Source: Octopus sinensis
Lineage: Eukaryota
DNA length: 64,000 nt
NCBI RefSeq assembly: GCF_006345805.1
Contig: NW_021833033.1
Coordinates: forward strand, 22,291-86,290
Direction of reading: 5' to 3'
The translations under genes were made by a program, and so were the position numbers. Below the pieces are notes generated by a model. It had not been told where the DNA came from. It did no database searches and saw only the letters and a list, made by a program, of their open reading frames with translations. Position 1 is the first letter of the stretch. Each line of letters starts with the position of its first letter. Positions 55,561 through 64,000 of this stretch are shown here, piece after piece.

Positions 55561-56197
55561 TATATATATATAGTATATATAGGGGGAAATATGAAAAATC
55601 AACGAAAATGCACATTGTAAATAAAAAAAAATGCTTTTTATGAAAGGTAACGACAAATATATACATTAAGATGGACTGAGGTAGTAATAAAAGTCATCAA
55701 AGTCATTATTACGAGATGATTATAAAGTCAGAAAACAAAGCATAACATGGTTTCCGTAAAGCTATTCATTGCTTTGTATACACCGGCTAATACACACACA
55801 CACACACACATACACACACACACACACATACAAACACACACACACACACATACACACACACACACATATATATATATATACATAAATATATATGTGTGTG
55901 TGTGTATGTGTGTGTGCGTGTGTGATGTATGCATTAATACACAGAGTATGTGTGTATCTTTGTATTTGTGGCAACACCCACCCATTGTTTGACAGCTGAT
56001 GTCGATTTATTAACGTCCATATCACCTAGCGTTTCGGCCAAATGGGTCGATAAAATAAGTACCACATTCTAAATATAAGTACTAAGGTTGATTTGTTGGG
56101 CTAAACCATTCAACCCGGTGCCCCATATAGTCTTAGTGCAATGATTGAAAAAAGTAAAAGCTGAAAAGATGTTTTCTTTCCGCTATTTTGGAGTATG

Positions 56198-56500
56198 TGG
56201 AGGCGCAATGACCCAGTGGTTAGGGCCGCGGAATTGCGGTCGGAGGATCACGGTTTCGACTCCAAGACCGGGCGTTGCGTGTGTTTATTGAGCGAAGACA
56301 CCTAAAAGTTCCACGCGGCTCCGGCAGGCGGTGGTGGCGACCACTGTTGTACTCTTTCGCCACAACTTTCTCTCACTCTCTCTCTCTTCCTGTTTCTTGA
56401 GTAACGCTGCGATGGACTGGCGTCCCGTTCATCTGGGGGGGGGAACACATACGCCACAGAAACCGGGAAACCGGACCCATGAGCCTGGCTAGGCTTGAAA
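56198..56500 (+). mobile_element. SINE family C copy
   Basis: GGAGGCGCAATGACCCAGTGGTTAGGG..GGTTTCGACTCC..GAGCGAAGACACCTAAAAG. Confidence 0.8.
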
Positions 56501-57026
56501 AGGGCTGCAGCCCATCTGTTATACCAAGACGAAACAGTGCAAAGGATAACACCTCCAATCAGCTAAAATAAGAAACCATGGGAGCTTTTGTTGAAGGCGT
56601 TTAAATACCAGGCTCTCAATTCTTGTTCGTTTTCTGTACGTGCGGAGGCTACAACGTGTTCGTGTGTGAATTGTATAAACACAAATATTATATTGGTTGG
56701 TGTATAATCGACACATAACTTATATATGATTACATCTAGTACGCACAGTTCCGATGTAAATAGTTCTCGCAGTCCCACGTGTTGTTTACACCTTCACACG
56801 TAAATTGTGCAACGTGACGTTTACAATTTTGAGAAAAATCGTTCGTTTTTTAGGATGCTTTACATTAAAAAGTAGTTTTCTTCCATTTTTTTTTTTTTTG
56901 TGGGGCGGGGGCTGTTTCTTTAAATACAGCTTGATGATGATCTCAGATTTAATCTTTTCTCCCAGGGAACTTGTTGAAGCACGTCCAGGTTGTTCGTTAT
57001 TCGCTGCAGAGCAATTATTATTATTA

Positions 57027-57082
<56 letters not shown>

Positions 57083-57111
57083 TTTTTTTTTTTTTTTATT
57101 ATATTATTATT

Positions 57112-57143
<32 letters not shown>

Positions 57144-57164
57144 TATTATCATCATCATTATTGT

Positions 57165-57300
57165 CGCCGTCGAGGTCGACTTTGCTTTTCATTCTTTCAG
57201 GGTCAGTAAATTAAGTACCAGTTGAGTACTGGGGTCGATGTAATCGACTATCCCCTCCCCAAATTTCAAGCCTTGTGCCTATAATAGAAAGGGTTATTGT
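57165..57300 (+). mobile_element. 5'-truncated SINE family A ending in an (ATT)n tail
   Basis: GAGGTCGACTTTGC core, ending ..ATAGAAAGGGTTATT. Confidence 0.75.
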
Positions 57301-57301
57301 C

Positions 57302-58284
57302 ATTATTATTATTATTATTATTCTATGTTTGACTTTTGCTTTATATTTGTACAAGTTGGCTCCAAGTCTCACCCAGAGACCTCAAGAGACAACAGGTTGG
57401 AAGTTCACGTTGTTGTTATGCCTAGTGTGCCATATATTTGGGGGGTGGGGATGTTGTACTAATGAATGTCTAAAAAAAAAGGTTTTTTTGTTTTGTTTTT
57501 TTTAAACCGAAAATTATGTTTGTTTTAAACCTTGAGACTACATAGAGAGTATTTTGCGTAGGATATGAGCAGTTCCCATGAGCACTATCTTTTGAACTTC
57601 TGCCTTTTGGGGTTTCCTGGTATCTGAGTTAGGTAGCTATCAGCCCCTTTTGCTATCATTCCAGGGACCTATGACAACAGGTATTGTTTTAGTCTTCAGC
57701 TTCCACATTTTGCTGATTTCTATTTCAAGATCTTTATTTTGCTCAGTTTTTGGTAGGTCTTGACAGATACGTTTATATCGATTGGGACAGTCATATCAAT
57801 GAGGAGGCATGTTCTTTGTTTGAAGTCTTTCAATATGATGTCTGGCCTATTTGCATCTATCTTCCTGTCAGTTGAATGGTGAAGTTCCAGAGGAGTGAGA
57901 TGTGGTCATTTTCAAGCACTGGGGGTGGTTTGTGTTCCCACCAGTTTTTTTCATGGGGCAAATCCAGGTTTTAAGATTACCCAGTGAATATATTGTGCAG
58001 CTCAATCGTGCCTGTTGAGATACTCTGTAGGCGCTAGAAGACTGCACTTGGAGACCACATGGTCAATGGTTTCATTTTGTTGCTTGCATACACGACACGT
58101 TGGACTGCTTCTGATCTTTAATATGTTGGCCTGGTAGTTCTTGTTGGTAGGCATTGATCTTGAGCTGCTATGATAAACCCCTCTGTTTCAGATTTTAAGC
58201 CAGAGGCCATTAGCCATTGATGGGTCAGGGCTTTGTCGATATCTGCATTATTCGCTCTCTTTGGGTATTGCCATAGAGAGGGTT
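57302..58284 (-). mobile_element. 5'-truncated R4/Dong-like non-LTR retrotransposon (RLE clade), pseudogenised
   Basis: Minus-strand translation across several frameshifts: GLKSETEGFIIAAQDQ, CRVCKQQNETIDHVVSKC (CCHC, 58044-58097), RHD, NRPDIILKDFKQRTCLLIDMTVP (PD..D nuclease), KDLEIEISKMW, IPVVIGPLG, GTAHILRKILSM-stop at 57538; ~215-bp 3' UTR and an (AAT)n tail. Confidence 0.9.
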
Positions 58285-58420
58285 TATATTATTATTTTAT
58301 TATTTTATTATTATTATTATTATTATTATATTATTATTATATTATTATTATTAATATTATTATTATTATTATTATTATTTTATTATTATTATATATTATT
58401 ATTATTATTATTATTATTAT

Positions 58421-58960
58421 TGTGTGAGAGAGCAGAGTGATGCCATTAAAGTACACTGGGGTAAAATATACGAAGCCCAATATACCCATCATGACTACCC
58501 TTCTGATAAGGGTACACCAGGCACATGCATCACAACCATGGTGATCTCATATCAAGATAAACTGTGTATGACCTTGCAGGTGGGGCTCAGTTAGAATTTT
58601 ATTCTGGTCGAACAGCCCATCCCGCCCAAAAGGTCCCTGAATAGGGAATGTTTAAGGATGTTGAACGAACAACCCATGTTTCCAAAGCTGAATTATCCAA
58701 ACCTCAAAGAATTCCTTTCAACACACGTTTATGATGCTCCCTCACTACTTCTGCTCATGATCAGAGATGCACATATCGTCAGCCACTAAGAGACATGCTC
58801 AACTGGTTAAGGTCAAGCAACTGACAAGCAAATCTGTGGTATTGAGCAGAATATTTGCTGTAGCCCATCTTTTATACCAACACAAAACAATGTACATGAT
58901 AACACTTCCAATCAGTTAAGATCAGGAGCAATTAGAGCCACTGTCTGGTACTGCATCAAA
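58421..58960. mobile_element. Interspersed repeat family D (~540 bp) between two (ATT)n tracts
   Basis: Partial copies at 28707-28905 and ~56505-56600. Confidence 0.7.
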
Positions 58961-59042
58961 GCATTTTTTATTATTATTATCATCATCGTCATCAACATCA
59001 TCATTATTATTATTATTATTGTTATTATTATTGTTATTATTA

Positions 59043-59093
<51 letters not shown>

Positions 59094-59494
59094 TATTATT
59101 ATCATTACTATTATTATTATTATTCATGGGTTGTACGACGCCTCATGATATTTCATCCATTCCTACAGCACGAATAATTGAAATATCTCTCTCGGAAAAA
59201 TGAAAAGAAAAAAATATGCATTCAAATCTACAAGGCTAACAAATGCTTCGCACGATTGTTCTAACCACATTTACAGATTCTACTATGAAAAAGTGGAATA
59301 TTACAGTCGTACCAATTATAAATGAAATGTTGGACATATTTAAAAGCCATAATGTCTTTACTTGAAGTCATTATAATTATTAGCTTTTCAGAACACCTCT
59401 GCTGCAATATTGTAGTTATACGCTATTTCAATTCGTATTATTAACACACAATTGTGGAATTTTGTCATGTAGAAGGAAGTAATGATTAGTATGT

Positions 59495-59575
59495 TCCATC
59501 TAGAAGTACGTATGTATGCATGTATGTATGTATATATATACATATATGTATATATATTATATATATATATATATG

Positions 59576-59607
<32 letters not shown>

Positions 59608-60240
59608 TGTATGTATGTATGTATGTATGTATGTATGCATTTATGTATGCATGTATATATATATATAAATGTATGTATGCATGTATGTATGTGTGCGCAT
59701 GTATGCTTGTATCTATGTATGTAAATATGTGTGTAATTATATATGCACCTACGTATGTACGCATGCAGGTTTGCATTATCTATGCATATATATATGCATA
59801 TGAATGAGTATATATATATATATGTGTGTATGTATGTATGTATATATATATACATATGCATTCATGTATATACGCATGTATATATACATATACGTAAATG
59901 TGTATTCAAGTATGCAACCATATATACAGGCATGTATATACGAATGTATGCATTCGTGTATGTACGCATGCATGTATAAATATATGTGTGTGTGTACGCG
60001 CGTGCGTAGGTGAGTGTGTATGCATGTATACAGGTTTTTATTTAAATATTCAGATAATAATGTATACACCTATGTATGAATGCAGATATGCATGTATTAA
60101 TGTGTGTATGCGTGAACGTATGAATGTATGCATGCATGCAAGTATATGTGTATTATGCAAGCATGTATGTATGAATCTATATAACTATATGTGTATGTGT
60201 ATGTGCGTGTGTGTGGTGTGTGTGTATTCATGCATATATA
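59495..60240. repeat. Degenerate (TATG)/(TA)/(TG) microsatellite complex
   Basis: Read directly from the sequence. Confidence 0.9.
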
Positions 60241-60738
60241 AATGAAGGCAAAATTTCCGTGCTATTTTTGAATCATCATTTTCAAAGAGAGACGGCCGTT
60301 CATATAAATACAACAGAACTAACCACGATTTGGCACTTCAAATTGTACTTAACGGATGATAATTCTACACACACCGATGATGCACGCGGACTATTACATT
60401 GATAGCATGCCATTATAACCCGGTGTAAAGGAAAGATCTTTCTTGAGACTCATATTTGAGCGTATATTTTAGGTAAATGCTTATACATAAGCCTTGTGTA
60501 ATATCATAATGCAGGCAGATTTTCGTTTCAGATTCCATCACGTGTCACCCCGAAACATCTTGCGTGTAACTGCCGTCACTCGTTTCATAGCTTCTTCATT
60601 ACTGGTGCATTGTTTGCGAAATACTTCACATAGGCAACATGTGTCTGATATATATATATATTTCCTGACGCTATACTAATACAGTTCTTTGTTTGTACTC
60701 CACCGCCTTCGTCTTTTGTTTGTTTTCGTAAACTTTCC

Positions 60739-60788
<50 letters not shown>

Positions 60789-61055
60789 TATCTATACATA
60801 TATATATATACATACACATATATATATATATATACACTATATATACACATATACATATACATAATATACACACACATAGCTTTGCTCATGGCGCAGTTAT
60901 CTACCCTGTCAGTATATATAAATGTACTTTTGATGCAGTTATAAGAGTTTTATTCTAGCAATAACTGTTTTAGCACACATTTTAGCAATAAGAAACGACT
61001 AAATTTTGTCCTATATGGCTTTGTATTACGCTAGCCGTTTACATCAACGTTTAGC

Positions 61056-61107
<52 letters not shown>

Positions 61108-61115
61108 TATATATA

Positions 61116-61165
<50 letters not shown>

Positions 61166-61714
61166 CATATATATATATGATTATATAGGATATATAATAT
61201 ATTTATATCGCTCTATATATAGATCTATATATAGTTCAAATTTTCAGATTTTATAGAAAACAAAGGCGGTGCCCCAACAGGCTGCAGTCAAATGACTGAA
61301 ACCAGTAAAGACTAAAAGAGTAAAAAGTAAATACACGGCTGAATGGAGGAAATGGCGTTCATTTACTTACACCAATTAAACCAATATAATCTTGTCTCAT
61401 TTTATTTTTCAACAAAATTCTTTCTATGTGACTTTGTTGCCTCATAACGTTCATCAAATTGGTTATTTTGTGATAAGATTCTCAGCAAATATTTTTCATA
61501 TGGTGTAGATTGTGATTCTATAAGAGGTTTTGCGAAAAATAATTTTTCAGGGATACCTGTATAATCTGGAAACAAAAATTATCACAGGTGGATTATTGAC
61601 ATGCTTGTTGTTCGAAATAGGCTCATGGATCAGTGGGCAGAGTGTCGGACTTACAACTAGGAGCTAGTGAGTTCAGTTCCCGGACTGGTCTGTGTGTTGT
61701 GTTCTTGAGCGAAA

Positions 61715-61969
61715 TACTTTGTTTTTTACTCTTTTACTTGTTTCAGTCATTTGACTGCGGCCATGCTGGAGCACCACCTTTAGTCGAGCAAATCGACCCC
61801 AGGATTTATTATTTGTAAGCCTAGTACTTATTTTATCGGTCCCTTTCCGAAAAGCTAATGTTATGGGGACGTAAACACACCACATCGGTTATCAAGTGAT
61901 GTTGGGGGGACAAACACAGACATACAACATATACACACACATACATATATATATCACATATATATCATC

Positions 61970-62034
<65 letters not shown>

Positions 62035-62055
62035 ATATATATCATATATATATAT

Positions 62056-62100
<45 letters not shown>

Positions 62101-62245
62101 TTGTATACGACGGACTTCTTTCAGTTTCCGTCTACTAAATCCACTCACAAGTCTTTGGTCGGCCGAGGTTATAGTAGAAGATACTTGTCCAGGTGCCACG
62201 CAGTGGACTGAACCCGTGGCCATATGGTTGGTAAGCAAGCTACTT
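61715..62245 (-). mobile_element. Full-length SINE family B
   Basis: Reverse complement of 50308-50730 with an expanded internal (TA)n. Confidence 0.85.
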
Positions 62246-63567
62246 TATTTCATTATTTCATTAAAATTTGCCATAATGTCACTACAAGGAGCAGCTTGCG
62301 AGCTGGATATATACATTGATAAGGTGAATGATGAAGTAAGGATGATATTGATGAGAGAAGGCAAAAATGCCCGCCGATTTTCTTCTCTAAAACATTGTTT
62401 TTTTTTTTCAACCTCTCACAACAGTTTTTATAGTTTTGGGACTTAATAGTCCATTACAAATATTAACATGCAAAAATATACAAAATATACAATCAACACT
62501 AGTCCATTTAAAAATGAGGCGCTGGGCCTCTTACACTTTATAACAGTGAGGCTTTTCAACCTCTTGTCAATTTTTCCACCTCAACGAAGTATTGAACATC
62601 TTACTACAGTTCTTACAATTATTGGATTTAATAGTCAATAACATGCAATAATAAACAATGAAATATACAATATATTATCAACACTAGTCCACTTATAAAT
62701 GAGGCGCTGAGCCTCTTACACATTATAACACTGAGGCTTTCAAATTCTTGCCAATTTTCCACATAATTGCTTGTGTCCGTGTATTCCACCGTAGGAAGGT
62801 CTGTAAAATTTAAGCGATAAAACAGCGGTTGCAGGCCGCAAAAGTTACTGTTACGAGCGCACAACTCAGCGTATCAGGTCGAATAACATTACCAGGTCTT
62901 GTGTTCTATGAGGCGACGAAACATGCGATACCGTCTCTGATCATCACCCACAGTATCATTGCATCGCCGTGCGATAATGAAGACAAGGTGGAGATTGAGC
63001 TGTGTTGTTGGCATGCTAGATACAGCAGTGAAGGCAAGAAAAGAAAAGCCGAGAAACGGCTGAAGATAAAGATTCTAAGACAAGACAAAGAAACATGTTT
63101 GACATTGTAATTTGCAATTCTTCGCACGACAAACGTCATTAGATGCAAGTTATAAATTATCTATAACGACTATTTGAAACAACTGCTGAGATGAGCTTCG
63201 ATTATGTTGAATCTACGAAAGACAAAACAATAATGAAAAAAAACCTTCGATCAATCTTAAGGACTTGGGCCTTTGCTGGCTGCACTAAGCCCAAAATTGA
63301 TCGCAGGTATTTCTGAAATGAGTCAACTAGATGGCCTATTAGACCAGATAAAATGATAGATCAGATGGAAGGGATCAGTCTTTTCGAGTCCCTATCAGAT
63401 CCAGATTGAGATATTTTTCTCCTATTCATGGATGCATAACTCAATTTGTAGTTTCTTGTTTTCAATTTCATCTTGATTGAATTCTTGTTTGTTTTATGTA
63501 AATTTATCTCTGCGGATGACTAAACTACATCCAGTTGTGGAGCCCTAGTTCGGGAGTTCGAGCGTTT

Positions 63568-63825
63568 GTGGAGGCGTGTGGTTTAGTGGTTAATGTGACG
63601 GACTCATGATCGTAAGATTGTGGTTTCGATTCCTGGAACGAGCAACGCGTTATGTCCTTGAGCAAGACACTTCATTTCATGTTGCTCCAGTCCACTCAGC
63701 TGGCAAAAATGAGTAATCCTGCGACGGACCAGCGTCCCGTACAGGTGGGAAATTTTTACTCCATGGAAACCAGGAAACCAAACCTTGTGAGTCGGTATGT
63801 CTCGAGAAGATAACTTTTACCTTTT
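63568..63825 (+). mobile_element. tRNA-derived SINE with a CCTTGAGCAAGACACTT central domain
   Basis: A box TGGTTTAGTGG, B box GGTTTCGATTCC; 3' part CTGCGACGGACCAGCGTCCCGT..GAAACC is shared with family C copies at 43052 and 56198. Confidence 0.75.
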
Positions 63826-64000
63826 TTTTACTTTAGTTCCAGTGTTTTGAGAAGTGTGAAACCACCCCTTAGCCATTATTGTCCAAGGGTAAGTGATATC
63901 TGTCAGGGTCCCAGCCATGATTTAATTAGCATATTATGACTTACCTACCTATGCATGCGAAGACTGGGTCCGATATGCTATGCGGAAAAGCCCCATGATT

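Overview
Repeat-dominated, AT-rich eukaryotic genomic DNA, probably a cephalopod (Octopus-like), inferred from the SINE families and dense TA/CA/ATT/GAT microsatellites. I found no intact protein-coding gene; almost all listed ORFs are open microsatellite frames. The window holds many tRNA-derived SINEs, non-autonomous Helitron-like elements (5' TC, 3' hairpin+CTAG), an internally deleted mariner, a hAT MITE, a 5'-truncated R4/Dong-like RLE retrotransposon embedded in (TAA)n, and Penelope-like terminal repeats with minimal hammerhead-ribozyme motifs. The most unusual structures are a ~4 kb modular foldback/satellite of phased A4-5T4-5 tracts, 32-bp repeats and a ~190-bp module (30.1-34.1 kb), a ~531-bp unit that is both tandem and dispersed, and several nested palindromes. 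All comparisons were done by eye, so coordinates are approximate to a few bases unless motifs are quoted.
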